This document shows, in pieces, positions 1-9,487 of a stretch of DNA of 32,082 bases; position 1 is the stretch's first letter, and each line of letters opens with the position of its first letter. The notes under the pieces were generated by a model, which saw nothing but the letters and a program-made list of their open reading frames with translations, was not told the DNA's origin and searched no databases. Origin of the DNA: Coraliomargaritaceae bacterium (GTDB lineage Bacteria > Verrucomicrobiota > Verrucomicrobiia > Opitutales > Coraliomargaritaceae); assembly GCA_965656495.1 (NCBI GenBank), contig CBFHKU010000014.1, forward strand, positions 1 to 32,082, written 5' to 3'. Both the position numbers and the translations under genes were made by a program.

Positions 1-77
1 TTGCCTTTCATTGTCTGGTTCCTTTCTAGGGTTCCAGACTAACTTTTCAAGTGGACCAGTTTAAGTCACCTCGACCA
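1..77 (-). mobile_element. Left end of an IS3-like insertion sequence (partial, reading out of the window)
   Basis: Exact reverse complement of 32006-32082. On the minus strand it starts TGGTCGAGGTGACTTAAACTGGTCCAC (TG terminus), followed by AGGA and ATG AAA GGC AA (MKG..). It truncates the ATPase ORF. The family call is by resemblance only because no transposase body is in the window. Confidence 0.65.
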
Positions 78-277
78 CAGGCTTCCGCGACGGCTTCGGG
101 GCCGGTGACTATCAGCTGCTGATGGTTGCGGTTGTCCCAATCAAAATAGAAATCGCACAGTCCGCGGGCAATCGTGGTTTTTCCGACCTGTCGCGGTCCG
201 CTCATAAAGAGCATTTGGCGGTGATTTTGGAGGTGATCTTTAGCGATCGCCCCGTAAATTCTCGCTCTGTTTTTCAT
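78..277 (-). pseudogene. N-terminal fragment of an AAA_14/DUF4143-type ATPase, interrupted by the terminal repeat
   Basis: Contains the Walker A motif MLFMSGPRQVGKTT. The last residues of the 76-aa ORF (RGDLNWST) are encoded by the 77-bp repeat. Confidence 0.75.
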
Positions 278-280
278 GAG

Positions 281-341
281 TCCATAATGGTGTGCATTCC
301 AAAATGGTCAATGCTGAAATGGGGGTATTTCCAAAATGGTC
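281..341. repeat. Direct repeats upstream of the ATPase, possible operator
   Basis: TTCCAAAATGGTC at 297-309 and 329-341, with TCCATAATGGT at 281-291. AATGG recurs at 286, 303, 318 and 335. Confidence 0.45.
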
Positions 342-373
342 TATTTTGTGATACGGATGCCAAAGGCGAAACG

Positions 374-420
374 CCAGCATTTTTATGCGGGTTTACAGAA
401 TTTTGAAATTACATTATTTT
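374..420 (+). promoter_or_regulatory. Box A palindrome plus sigma70-like promoter
   Basis: CCAGCATTTTTATGCGGG (374-391) abuts TTTACA (392-397); TATTTT follows 17 bp later. Confidence 0.55.
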
Positions 421-531
421 ATTGAATTTTAGAAACTACTGCACATTACAATTAGTAACGTAGCGGTTGGGATTTTGCCTCAATCCATTCTCATCAAAGA
501 TCTCATATAATATTGGAGAAAAAAATATATT

Positions 532-1098
532 ATGATAAGCGAAAGACTCCCATTTAGTAAGAAATCGGTTCATACGCATTTTGTGATTTTAGCGGTGTCA
601 TGGTGGATTGGTATGCCCCTTAGTATAGTGGGCGTATTTCTGCCAGAGAAGTTAGAGCTACTACTTGGGCTAATCTGTCTTCCGTTACTCATCGTGGCGA
701 CCGTATTCTGGTGCATCCTGTTGTATCGCCAATGGTTTTTACTACAAGGGCACGGTGCTCGGGTCACTCCAGGAAAGGCTGTCGGTTTCGGTTTTATCCC
801 ATTCTTTTGTTTCTACTGGTGGTTCGTTGCCTACGCTGGACTGGCAACGGATACCAACAACTACCTGAAGAGTATCGAGATCAATTCCACACGTATGTCA
901 TTTGGGCTGGCGGTGACCGACTGTATTCTCGGCATTCTGTTATGCACCATAGGGTTGGTACCAGGGGTCGGCGCGCTTATTACGCTTCCCTATATGATCA
1001 TTGGGTTCATTCTTATTATTCAACAAAGGGACTGCGTGTTGGCTATTTTACAAGATCGTGAAAGTAAGCTCGAACCGGGCGCAGGTGGCAACGGCTAG
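532..1098 (+). CDS. Integral membrane protein, DUF4328-like; possible gene cassette
   Basis: Several hydrophobic helices and a TPGKAVGFGFIPFFCFYWW motif. The C-terminus (EPGAGGNG) runs into an attC-like left arm. Confidence 0.75.
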   Translation: MISERLPFSKKSVHTHFVILAVSWWIGMPLSIVGVFLPEKLELLLGLICLPLLIVATVFWCILLYRQWFLLQGHGARVTPGKAVGFGFIPFFCFYWWFVAYAGLATDTNNYLKSIEINSTRMSFGLAVTDCILGILLCTIGLVPGVGALITLPYMIIGFILIIQQRDCVLAILQDRESKLEPGAGGNG

Positions 1099-1200
1099 GC
1101 GGAACATTACTATCAGAAATGTTGATACTGATCTTGATTTGCAGTGACATCATTTCGTCAAGCAGCAAGTGCAAAGCTACGGCGACTCGAAACGTTCTCT
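1069..1200 (+). other. Degenerate or chimeric attC-like site
   Basis: CTCGAAC-N5-GCAGGTGG on the left and GTTCTCT (1194-1200) on the right. The two arms do not pair well with each other. Confidence 0.3.
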
Positions 1201-1230
1201 AATGATAAACTAACAAAACCTATCAAAACT

Positions 1231-1737
1231 GTGAAATGTACATGCTTTCTCCTATCGGCATTTCTCGTCGCAGCATTCTCATCTGGCTGTCGTTCGACTC
1301 ACAGCGCAACATCTGCTTCCCCGAGTTGTATGGTATCTGATGTCGAAGCGATCTTTACTTTCCCAATATCCAGCAAGGAGTCCTACGAATGGAATAATGT
1401 CGCCGATAACGTCCTGGAGTATTCATGTCAGGCTTTCTTTGGGAAATACTCCTTGGGATTTTCATTGTTTAAGCACCCAGAATCGAGTCCAGCTTCCGGC
1501 AGTATTAATGATCTTTTAAAGGCAGGCCAGTGCAATGCTTGGGCTTCGCGCGAATACATGAATGACGTAGCGGTTACCATAAAGTATCAAGATGACTGCC
1601 TAGTCGTTACACTGAAAGACAATGATCTGATTGAGGAGATATTTTCTCAAAAACCAACGCAGTATAAAGTTGATATTCACGGGTTCGATTATGATGGAGT
1701 GTCTTCAGGTAAAATCACATATCAAACAGAATTCTGA
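1231..1737 (+). CDS. Hypothetical lipoprotein; possible gene cassette
   Basis: ORF 1144..1737. A GTG start at 1231 gives MKCTCFLLSAFLVAAFSSGC, a signal peptide ending in a lipobox-like FSSGC. Confidence 0.7.
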   Translation: MKCTCFLLSAFLVAAFSSGCRSTHSATSASPSCMVSDVEAIFTFPISSKESYEWNNVADNVLEYSCQAFFGKYSLGFSLFKHPESSPASGSINDLLKAGQCNAWASREYMNDVAVTIKYQDDCLVVTLKDNDLIEEIFSQKPTQYKVDIHGFDYDGVSSGKITYQTEF

Positions 1738-1781
1738 GGGTGGGATCAAGGCCTTAGGCGCGATCCACCCTGGCGATAGCA
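1726..1781 (+). other. attC-like hairpin
   Basis: AGGGTGGGATC (1737-1747) pairs with GATCCACCCT (1762-1771) with one extra unpaired G. ACAGAAT (1726-1732) matches the reverse complement of GTTCTCT (1194) at 5/7 positions. Confidence 0.45.
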
Positions 1782-1874
1782 TCATCGTCTCAGCTCATCC
1801 CTGAGCGATCGGCTACGGTCGCTATCCTAGGGCTTGGCGCGCTGATTACAACGCTGCTGCGGCGGCGCAAATGA
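1775..1874 (+). pseudogene. Orphan PEP-CTERM C-terminal sorting-signal remnant
   Basis: 1797-1874 translates as IPERSATVAILGLGALITTLLRRRK* (degenerate PEP, transmembrane segment, basic tail). DSIIVSA precedes it one base out of frame. There is no start codon or gene body. Confidence 0.75.
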
Positions 1875-1903
1875 GCGCTTAAACATTCCGCTATTTTTTA
1901 CAC

Positions 1904-1931
1904 CCCTCTCTTGTCTAGGGAGGGTTTTTTT
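1904..1931 (+). terminator. Rho-independent terminator
   Basis: CCCTCTCT/AGGGAGGG stem with a 5-nt loop, followed by T7. Confidence 0.75.
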
Positions 1932-1951
1932 GTTAAAGCGAAACGCTACTC

Positions 1952-1997
1952 TACGCATATTTACGTGGGTTGTGCAGTCTCACAAGTTTGCTATAAT
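1952..1997 (+). promoter_or_regulatory. Box A palindrome plus promoter of the first sulfatase operon
   Basis: TACGCATATTTACGTGGG (1952-1969) abuts TTGTGC (1970-1975); a 16-bp spacer leads to TGcTATAAT (-10 at 1992-1997). Confidence 0.75.
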
Positions 1998-2056
1998 GGG
2001 AGGCTATCTTGATTCATCCACAGGCACTATAAGGAAGTGCAAATCCAGAATTTATT

Positions 2057-3469
2057 ATGGGTAAAAGAAAGACTCTTAAGTTCCTAGGCATCGGAATCTC
2101 TCTGGCCCTTTCGATTTGTGCTGCGTTCGGCATCGCTCAAGCCGCCGACAGGCCCCTTCGACAAGCTCAGGGCAGGCCGAATGTCGTCTTCCTTTTGAGT
2201 GACGACCAGGGCTGGAAGGATTACGGCTTTATGGGGCATGCTCATGTGAAGACGCCGAATCTGGATCGCCTCGCCAACGAAGGGTTGATCTATGAGCGCG
2301 GCTATGTGACGGCGCCTTTGTGTCGTCCTTCGCTTAACAGTATCGTGACGGGAGTCTATCCGCACCAGACCGCCGTGCGGGGCAATGATCCGGCCATGCC
2401 TGGCGTCAGTAAAAGGGAGCGAAAACGCAACCCGGAGATGAAAGAGCGGGCTCGTGCGCTACGGGAAGCCATGACGGCCTCCGTGGTGGATGCACCGTCC
2501 ATGGTCAAACAATTGCGGGCAAACGGCTATGCAACCCTGCAGACCGGCAAGTGGTGGGAGGGGAACCCTCTGGATCATGGGTTCACGGACGCGATGACGA
2601 AAGGTGGCCGTGCCGGAGACGCGGGTCTCAAGATCGGGCGCGAGACCATGCAACCGATTTATGACTTTGTCGATAAGGCGCAGTCGAATGAGCAGCCCTT
2701 CTTTATCTGGTATGGCGTCTATTTGCCGCACTCGCCACATGATGCACCGGAACGCCTTTACCTAAAATTCAAAGACATCGCCCCGGATGAACCGACCGCA
2801 CGCTACTGGGCCAACATTGCCTGGCTGGACGAAACCTGTGGGCAGTTGATCGACCACCTTAAACAGCAGGGGCTCTACGACAACACGCTGTTCGTCTACA
2901 CCTGCGATAACGGTTGGGTGCCGGATTCGAAGAAGGTCGGTAAATATACCCGCTCGAAGCGCGAGCCCGTGGAAGCCGGGATACGCACGCCGATCTTCCT
3001 GACACACACGAACGCGATCCTGCCGCATCGTGACACGGTGACCCACGCCAGCAATATCGACATTGCGCCAACGATTCTCAAGGCCTGTGGTATTGAGCCG
3101 GATGCGGCGATGTCCGGACTGGATCTGAGAGAGCCCAAGACCCTTGCCAAGCGCGGTCGCATCCTTGTGGATGTGTATGAACATGACACTCAGGTCGAAG
3201 CGGTTCTGGATTTGGACAGCGATTTGGTCGCACGGGTCGTCGTCGATGGCTGGGACAAGCTGATCGCGCGCCCGGAGGGCAATGAACTCTACGACCTCAA
3301 AAATGACCCGGACGACCGCAGGGATCTTGCCGCGCAGAACCCGGAAAAAGTTCAGCAGCTTTCGAAGTTGCTGGATGAGTGGCTCAACGCGACCCCCGCC
3401 GTTCACGTGCAGGAGGGCAGCGCATTTAACAGGTTTAAAGCTGAAATGAAAATAGGAGGATTGAAATGA
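2057..3469 (+). CDS. Secreted S1 sulfatase with variant CRPSL signature
   Basis: Signal peptide, PNVVFLLSDD, TPNLDRLA, APLCRPSLNSIVTG, GKW, DNG and ELYDL..DP motifs. Confidence 0.93.
   Translation: MGKRKTLKFLGIGISLALSICAAFGIAQAADRPLRQAQGRPNVVFLLSDDQGWKDYGFMGHAHVKTPNLDRLANEGLIYERGYVTAPLCRPSLNSIVTGVYPHQTAVRGNDPAMPGVSKRERKRNPEMKERARALREAMTASVVDAPSMVKQLRANGYATLQTGKWWEGNPLDHGFTDAMTKGGRAGDAGLKIGRETMQPIYDFVDKAQSNEQPFFIWYGVYLPHSPHDAPERLYLKFKDIAPDEPTARYWANIAWLDETCGQLIDHLKQQGLYDNTLFVYTCDNGWVPDSKKVGKYTRSKREPVEAGIRTPIFLTHTNAILPHRDTVTHASNIDIAPTILKACGIEPDAAMSGLDLREPKTLAKRGRILVDVYEHDTQVEAVLDLDSDLVARVVVDGWDKLIARPEGNELYDLKNDPDDRRDLAAQNPEKVQQLSKLLDEWLNATPAVHVQEGSAFNRFKAEMKIGGLK
2153..2175 (+). repeat. In-frame 23-bp palindromic element, copy 1 (PLRQAQG)
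   Basis: CCCCTTCGACAAGCTCAGGGCAG, identical at 16889 and 26504. Confidence 0.9.
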
Positions 3470-5256
3470 ATCAGATGAGTTATTCCGCTTTTAGGCGGCG
3501 AGTGATTTTAGGTTTGGTTTGTTTGATGGCCAGCGCTGCCGGCGTTTTGTCGGTTCAAGCGGCAGAGGAAAGACGGGACGTGGTCTTTATCGTTCTCGAC
3601 GACCTCAACGACTGGGTCGGCGTGTTGGGCGGGCATCCGCAAAGTGAGACACCCAATATTGATGCGCTGGCTGCACGAGGTGTTTTGTTCTCCAATGCCC
3701 ATTGCAATGCCCCCACCTGCAACCCGTCGCGAAAAAGTTTTCTGAGCGGTCTGTATCCGAAAAGTAACGGAAAATACTTTAATGGTGGTGGCGGCATGAA
3801 GAAAGGGCCTCCTTTTTTTGGGGATCAGCCTGTGAGTGGACCCACCTCCAAATCGGCTCCGAAAAGTTACACGCACATGCATCAGCACTTCAAAAATCAA
3901 GGCTACCGCGTGGTGAGCGGCGGGAAGGTGGCGCATGGCCCCATCGCCAGCCTGGTTGGCGAAGAGGCGTTGGATGCCTCAGCAAACCGCAAGAAAGCAC
4001 CGTTCAACCATGAGGGTGCAGGCTATGCAAGCGAGCGGCGGAATGTCTGGGGGCAGTTTGGACCGACCAATCAGACAGATTCGCAAACCAGTGATTACAA
4101 AATTGCCCACTGGGCGATTGACCAGTGGAACACGGTGACTGATGAACCCCTGATGATGACGGTCGGAATCTTTAAACCGCATACCCCGCTGACGGTTCCT
4201 AAGGCCTATTTTGATAAGTTTCCGCTGGAATTCATTCAATTGCCGGCAATGCCGGACTTTGATGATATGGAGGACTTGTCCGAATATGCTACATGGATCG
4301 CACGTTATACCAACTTCGACTACAAGTTTGATCCCCGAAGTGTTCATGAAGAGATCTTGCATCGGGGCGGTGAAGAGGAGTGGAAATATATGGTTCAGTC
4401 CTATCTCGCATGTATCAATTATGCCGATACACAAGTCGGGCATTTACTTGAAGCGCTGAAAGAGAATCCGCGTGGTCGTGAGACTATGATCATTCTGACC
4501 GGGGATCACGGCTGGCATTTGGGTGAAAAAGGACATTGGTGCAAGTCTGCCCTGTGGATTGATGCGACCCATATTCCTTACATCGTCGTTGCGCCTGGGC
4601 TTGCGGAGCCGGGGACGGTGAACCCCCAGCCGATCTCTCTGGTCGATACCTATCCGACAATGTGTGACTTTGCGGGGATTCCGCAGCCCGAACATTTGGA
4701 TGGCGAATCGCTCATTCCGCTGTTGACCGACCCGAACGCAACGCGGGATGCGGCCTTTATCAGTTATGGCCCTGAAAATACCGCCATGCAGACCGAGCGC
4801 TACCGCTATATCCGTTACGAAGATGGTTCGGAGGAGTTATACGACCACCAAAACGATCCGCACGAATGGACCAACCAGAGCAACAATCCGGAATTTTCAG
4901 AACTCAAAGCAAAACTCAAAGCAGCGGTTCTCGAGTTCCAGGAAGTAACGCCTGATTCCGACACTGACGAACCCGGCATTAAAGAAATGAACAAAGCCAT
5001 GCCGGAAAAGAAGGCGCAGTCTCCTGCGGAATCGGTGACTGCTGCCCCGCCAGCGCCGACGGGAAATTACGAAATGCGTCAATGGGCGGCCGGCAAAGCG
5101 AAGGCGGCGCAAGGCGCTTTCATCCGCACACTCGTTAGCTCAAAAGGACGAGAACAGGTTGAATTGAAAGCGGCTGACGGAACGGTGTTCACGATTCGCA
5201 TGCAGGCGATGACCGCGGAAGATAAGGCGTATCTCAAATCGATTCAGGCGCATTAG
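3466..5256 (+). CDS. Iduronate-2-sulfatase-like S1 sulfatase with C-terminal SHD1-like domain
   Basis: DDLNDW, CNPSR, KPHTP and DHGWHLGEKGHW motifs. The tail MRQW...VELKAADGTVFTIRMQAMTAEDKAYL resembles SHD1. Confidence 0.93.
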   Translation: MNQMSYSAFRRRVILGLVCLMASAAGVLSVQAAEERRDVVFIVLDDLNDWVGVLGGHPQSETPNIDALAARGVLFSNAHCNAPTCNPSRKSFLSGLYPKSNGKYFNGGGGMKKGPPFFGDQPVSGPTSKSAPKSYTHMHQHFKNQGYRVVSGGKVAHGPIASLVGEEALDASANRKKAPFNHEGAGYASERRNVWGQFGPTNQTDSQTSDYKIAHWAIDQWNTVTDEPLMMTVGIFKPHTPLTVPKAYFDKFPLEFIQLPAMPDFDDMEDLSEYATWIARYTNFDYKFDPRSVHEEILHRGGEEEWKYMVQSYLACINYADTQVGHLLEALKENPRGRETMIILTGDHGWHLGEKGHWCKSALWIDATHIPYIVVAPGLAEPGTVNPQPISLVDTYPTMCDFAGIPQPEHLDGESLIPLLTDPNATRDAAFISYGPENTAMQTERYRYIRYEDGSEELYDHQNDPHEWTNQSNNPEFSELKAKLKAAVLEFQEVTPDSDTDEPGIKEMNKAMPEKKAQSPAESVTAAPPAPTGNYEMRQWAAGKAKAAQGAFIRTLVSSKGREQVELKAADGTVFTIRMQAMTAEDKAYLKSIQAH

Positions 5257-5292
5257 CTCAACGACGAATACAGTATTTAATGTAAATAGGAA

Positions 5293-5454
5293 ATGAATGT
5301 AATGAAGAAGTTATTCAGGCGAGTGAGTTTAAGCTTAGTTTGTTTGATCCGCGGATTGTCAGCTTTTGCAGAGAAGGCAATTGACTCACCTTTTGATGCA
5401 TTACAATTTGGATTGTTATGTACAATGAGCGATTTTTCGCTCAATTACCCTTGA
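5293..5454 (+). pseudogene. Short ORF, probable signal-peptide relic of a deleted secreted protein
   Basis: AGGA RBS, then MNVMKKLFRRVSLSLVCLIRGLSAFA-EK, then unrecognisable sequence and an early stop. Resembles the signal peptide of the 3466 gene. Confidence 0.45.
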
Positions 5455-5550
5455 TTGGCTGTGACGATTGTTTGCGGCTGAGAGATTTGTAAATTTACGG
5501 GAACGGTCTATTTCCGCATTCCGGTAAGCGCTAAATAGAGAACAATTATC

Positions 5551-7017
5551 ATGAATAAGTATATCGTAGTAGTAATGGCGCTGGCTTGTTGCCTGACGTC
5601 TTGGGCGCAAGCCGCCGACACACGCCCGAACGTTATCATGCTGTTTATCGACGATCTTGGCATGGGCGATATCGGCGCATTTGGTTGCGAGGATATTCCG
5701 ACCCCGCATATCGATCGTCTCGCCAGCGAGGGCGTGAAGCTTACGCAGATGTATGTCACCAATCCACCTTGCTGCCCGAGTCGCTACAGCATGCTGATGG
5801 GAACCTATGCGCAGCGCTTTGGCAAATACGGCATGATGCGCGGGCAACCGCTGCCTGACGAACCGACTTTCGCTGAAGTGTTCCGTGACCACGGTTATGT
5901 GACCGGACAGGTCGGCAAATGGGATGTGGGCTATCAGCAAAGCCCGTCGAATCGTGGCTTCATGGAAGTCGCGGTGGATCCGCCAAAAGCCCCGAATGGA
6001 AAACTATTCATGCGTCTGGATGAAAACGGCGAGGAGATTTGGCTCACGGAATTGGACGGCGACCGCTTGGTCGAGTTCGTCGATCGGAATCGCAAAAAAG
6101 GAAAGCCCTTCATGATGTATTGGTCGCCGCTGGCGGTCCATTCGCCGCATAGCAATACGCCCGAGGAATATTGCGCCCGAACCTCTGTCCCGGAAGACTT
6201 GCCAATCAATCCGGTGCATGGAGCAAACCGTCGTTTGCTGGGTGGCGGAATCGTGGCACTCGACGATCAGATTGGTAAACTACTGGATTATCTGGACGCA
6301 CATAAGATGCGCGAAAATACCTTGATTCTCTTTGCCAGTGATAACGGGCCGAATATCGCTGAGGGTGGCTCATCGGCTCCTTATCGTGGCGGTAAAGGCT
6401 CCAAGAACCGCGAAGAGGTTGGATGGACGCTGACCCCCGGGATCGTTTCCTGGCCGGGCGTGGTTCCCCAAGGCACGACCTACGACGGAATGCTGTGCAC
6501 CTTTGACTTCTATCCCACCATGCTCACGGCTGCGAATTTGCCACTGCCGGAGCATCTGGATGGTGAAGACTTGATTCCTTATCTGACCGGCAAGAAGCAG
6601 GGGCATGTGCGTGATTATGTGTATTGGTTTAATCAGGGCTCGAAATCGCTCACCCGCAATATACAGGCAGTTCGTTATGGCAAATGGCGTCTCTACCGCA
6701 GCCTGCCGGAACATCCTTGGCGTCTGTATGACCTCGATCAGGACCCTCGCGAAGAGAACAACCTCGCTCAGGAATTTCCCGAAGTCGTCCAGCAACTGGA
6801 AGCCAAACACAGTGAGTGGTCGGCCGAACTTCCGCCGATGTATGATCTCGCAAACCGTCCACCACGACCGGGGGTCATTCCGAATCAGGATCTGGCACCT
6901 CAGGACGGCTGGATTATTACCGACGGAAAAGTTAGCTATACAAAGCCTACCCCTGAGCAAGCAAAGCAAATGAAGGCCGCCAAAAAAGCAGCGAAGCAAA
7001 AAGGAAGTGCCTATTAA
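5551..7017 (+). CDS. Secreted arylsulfatase-like S1 sulfatase (paralog of 13715..15115)
   Basis: PNVIMLFIDDLG, TNPPCCPSR, GKW, SPLAVHSPH and SDNG motifs. Confidence 0.95.
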   Translation: MNKYIVVVMALACCLTSWAQAADTRPNVIMLFIDDLGMGDIGAFGCEDIPTPHIDRLASEGVKLTQMYVTNPPCCPSRYSMLMGTYAQRFGKYGMMRGQPLPDEPTFAEVFRDHGYVTGQVGKWDVGYQQSPSNRGFMEVAVDPPKAPNGKLFMRLDENGEEIWLTELDGDRLVEFVDRNRKKGKPFMMYWSPLAVHSPHSNTPEEYCARTSVPEDLPINPVHGANRRLLGGGIVALDDQIGKLLDYLDAHKMRENTLILFASDNGPNIAEGGSSAPYRGGKGSKNREEVGWTLTPGIVSWPGVVPQGTTYDGMLCTFDFYPTMLTAANLPLPEHLDGEDLIPYLTGKKQGHVRDYVYWFNQGSKSLTRNIQAVRYGKWRLYRSLPEHPWRLYDLDQDPREENNLAQEFPEVVQQLEAKHSEWSAELPPMYDLANRPPRPGVIPNQDLAPQDGWIITDGKVSYTKPTPEQAKQMKAAKKAAKQKGSAY

Positions 7018-9128
7018 TGAAAATACCTGTTCAAGTTTTAATTGTTTGCTTGAGCCTGTCTTCACTACTTTTTGCGGAGAGCACACAAGCGCCTGCAAGC
7101 CAACCGCGTCCCAGTGTCCTTTTTCTGAATGTGGACGACTGGAATGACTGGAACGTAGTGCTCAAGGGGCACCCGCAGGCAATTACGCCACATATTGAAC
7201 GTCTTGCTGAGCAAGGGGTCACATTTAGCAACGCCATATGTGCATCGCCCTCCTGTGTGCCTTCCAGACCTGCATTGTTCACTGGCATTGCGCCTGCACG
7301 CTCAGGGAACATTTCAAACGATAATAAGGGAGGGTGGCGCTTTTATGCGGGACCGGAGGCCGTTACGATTCCCAAGTTGTTTTCGCAGAACGGTTGGAAA
7401 AGCATCGGCATTGCCAAGAACTTTCACAAAGGCGATGCGCCTGAATTTGATACTTACGTTCCCCCGTTTAAAACGCCCAAAAAACTCAAAGGGGTAGGGA
7501 TCAAATTAAACGCATCCGCAATCTGGGATGTTGCCGATATTCCCGCCTCTGAAATGGGCGATTATAAGGCTGCAAGCGCGGGTATTGAGACCTTTCAGTC
7601 GCATCAGGATCCGCTTTTCCTCTCGCTCGGTATTTTTCGCCCACATGCCCCCTGGATTGTGCCGCAGGAATATTTTGATCTCTATCCGCTCGAAACGCTT
7701 CAGCTCCCCGAACAGCGTGCCGATGACCTCGACGATCTGCCGGAGCGCTTCAAGCTGCTTGCGGGTTTTGAGGCGAAGTTCGGCAAGGGCTATCACGACA
7801 TGCTGGTCGAAAACGGCTACGATAAAGAGTTTGTCCGTGCCTATCTCGCGAGCGTGACTTTTGCCGATGAACAGGTTGGGCGCGTGCTGGACGCGTGGTA
7901 TGCCAGCCCTTATGCGGAAACCGGCTACGTGGTGTTGTGGAGTGACCACGGCTATATGCTGGGTGAAAAGCGCGCGTGGTCGAAAATCAAGCCCTGGTAT
8001 GACTCCTCGCGCAGCAATCTGATCATTGCCGGCCCCGGACTGCCCAAAGGCGTGGTGTGCAGCAAGTCGGTTTCGTTGCTGGATCTCTATCCGACGCTGA
8101 TCGAACTGCTCGGATTACCGAAGCCACCCCAAGACCTTGACGGAAGCAGTCTGGTTCCACTTTTGGAAAACGCGGAGGCGGAGTGGGATCGCCCTGCGGT
8201 GATGACCAGTCAGATGGACGGTATCTTTTTTGAGTCCGTGCTGGATAATGACTATCGCATGACCCGGCTGATTACCGGTGAAACCGAACTCTACAAACTG
8301 TCGAGGGATCCACATGAGTTTACGAATCTCGCAGACAATCCGGAATACGCACCCGTGATCGAGAAACTGGAGCAGCACCTCTCGTTTCGTTATCCGGAAA
8401 TTCCGGCGGATGGGTGGATCGAGGCGGAAGCGATTCCCGTGCAAACCTCTGCTGACTATCAACTGCGCGGAAACTTCCATTACCCAAAATCGGAGGAGAG
8501 TGCATCCGGCGGGCGGATTGTTTGTGCAGAGTTGCGCGCCGGTGCGGGCAGCTACATTGAATTCGTATTGGACGTGAAAACACCCGGAACGTACCGACTC
8601 GACGGAACCATCGTATCAAGCGGAGTTTGTTCGGTGCAGGTGGATTCTGTGGAAAATGAGGCGGCGCAATCGGACTCCGATTATCCGATGAGAACGGTCG
8701 GCACGCTGGCGGCATCGGACGCATTCAATGACATCGCCCTTGGTGTGGTCCGGTTCAATGAACCGGGACTCAAGATTATTCGTTTTGTTTCAACCGAACA
8801 CAAACAGCAGCTTAAATTCGACCGGATTCAGCTTTTGAAAGATGACGACGCGCCGGTGACCAAATCGGACTTAAATGCTACATTGCCGGTCGTTGAAAAA
8901 ACAACGGCCTCGTCACTAGTGCAAAGCAGCAAGACCTCTGCAAATAACCTCTGGGAATCGCAAGACGAATGGAACCAAAAACGCCCTGGGTTTGAGTGGG
9001 CCTTTCCCTTTGTCGATCAGAACCGCGACGGCTATATCGATTCCGCGGAATATAATGCCCTGCAAAAATATAAGAAGAAGCATGGCAGGGCCTGGAAGGA
9101 TCAGGCCCGAAAAGATCTTGGGCTTTGA
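7017..9128 (+). CDS. Iduronate-2-sulfatase-like S1 sulfatase with CBM6/35-like and EF-hand-like C-terminal modules
   Basis: DDWNDW, CVPSR, RPHAPW and SDHGYMLGEK motifs. WIEAE...YIEF...PGTYRL...FDRIQL resembles a CBM. DQNRDGYIDSAE fits an EF-hand loop. Confidence 0.93.
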   Translation: MKIPVQVLIVCLSLSSLLFAESTQAPASQPRPSVLFLNVDDWNDWNVVLKGHPQAITPHIERLAEQGVTFSNAICASPSCVPSRPALFTGIAPARSGNISNDNKGGWRFYAGPEAVTIPKLFSQNGWKSIGIAKNFHKGDAPEFDTYVPPFKTPKKLKGVGIKLNASAIWDVADIPASEMGDYKAASAGIETFQSHQDPLFLSLGIFRPHAPWIVPQEYFDLYPLETLQLPEQRADDLDDLPERFKLLAGFEAKFGKGYHDMLVENGYDKEFVRAYLASVTFADEQVGRVLDAWYASPYAETGYVVLWSDHGYMLGEKRAWSKIKPWYDSSRSNLIIAGPGLPKGVVCSKSVSLLDLYPTLIELLGLPKPPQDLDGSSLVPLLENAEAEWDRPAVMTSQMDGIFFESVLDNDYRMTRLITGETELYKLSRDPHEFTNLADNPEYAPVIEKLEQHLSFRYPEIPADGWIEAEAIPVQTSADYQLRGNFHYPKSEESASGGRIVCAELRAGAGSYIEFVLDVKTPGTYRLDGTIVSSGVCSVQVDSVENEAAQSDSDYPMRTVGTLAASDAFNDIALGVVRFNEPGLKIIRFVSTEHKQQLKFDRIQLLKDDDAPVTKSDLNATLPVVEKTTASSLVQSSKTSANNLWESQDEWNQKRPGFEWAFPFVDQNRDGYIDSAEYNALQKYKKKHGRAWKDQARKDLGL

Positions 9129-9487
9129 CCCATGCGGGAAGTACTCCATCCAATCGCCACTGCCGTTAGGCTTAAGAAAGACGAGATGAAGACTTTTGAA
9201 ATATCTGATGAACAAAGGGGCCAGAAATGAAGCGTAGAGATTTTTGATACCACGGACGGAGTCGTCGAAATAGGGCAACGCTTCTCCAGCGCTACGCTGA
9301 GGTTGATGGGGAAAGAATAAGCTCGGTTCGAGTGGCTCTCTCAAATAGAAGTCTGAGCACGGCGGCCGGGAGACCTGCGCAAATTAGTAGGTAGACAACA
9401 TCCTGAATTAATCTAAAATAAAGCGCACTATCCCGTGACTGCCGCCAAAGAATTGCGTCCGATTACTCCTTGAAAGGAGAAAAGAAA

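Noticed and set aside
122..406. 94-aa plus-strand ORF
   Set aside because: It is antisense to the ATPase fragment and crosses its upstream repeats and a promoter box.
1833..1931. Amino-acid attenuator (short peptide plus terminator) upstream of the sulfatase operon
   Set aside because: The peptide is better explained as a PEP-CTERM tail, and a separate promoter lies downstream of the terminator.
9130..9460. Possible gene relic between the sulfatase and the esterase
   Set aside because: No recognisable motif in any frame I could read, so no call can be supported.
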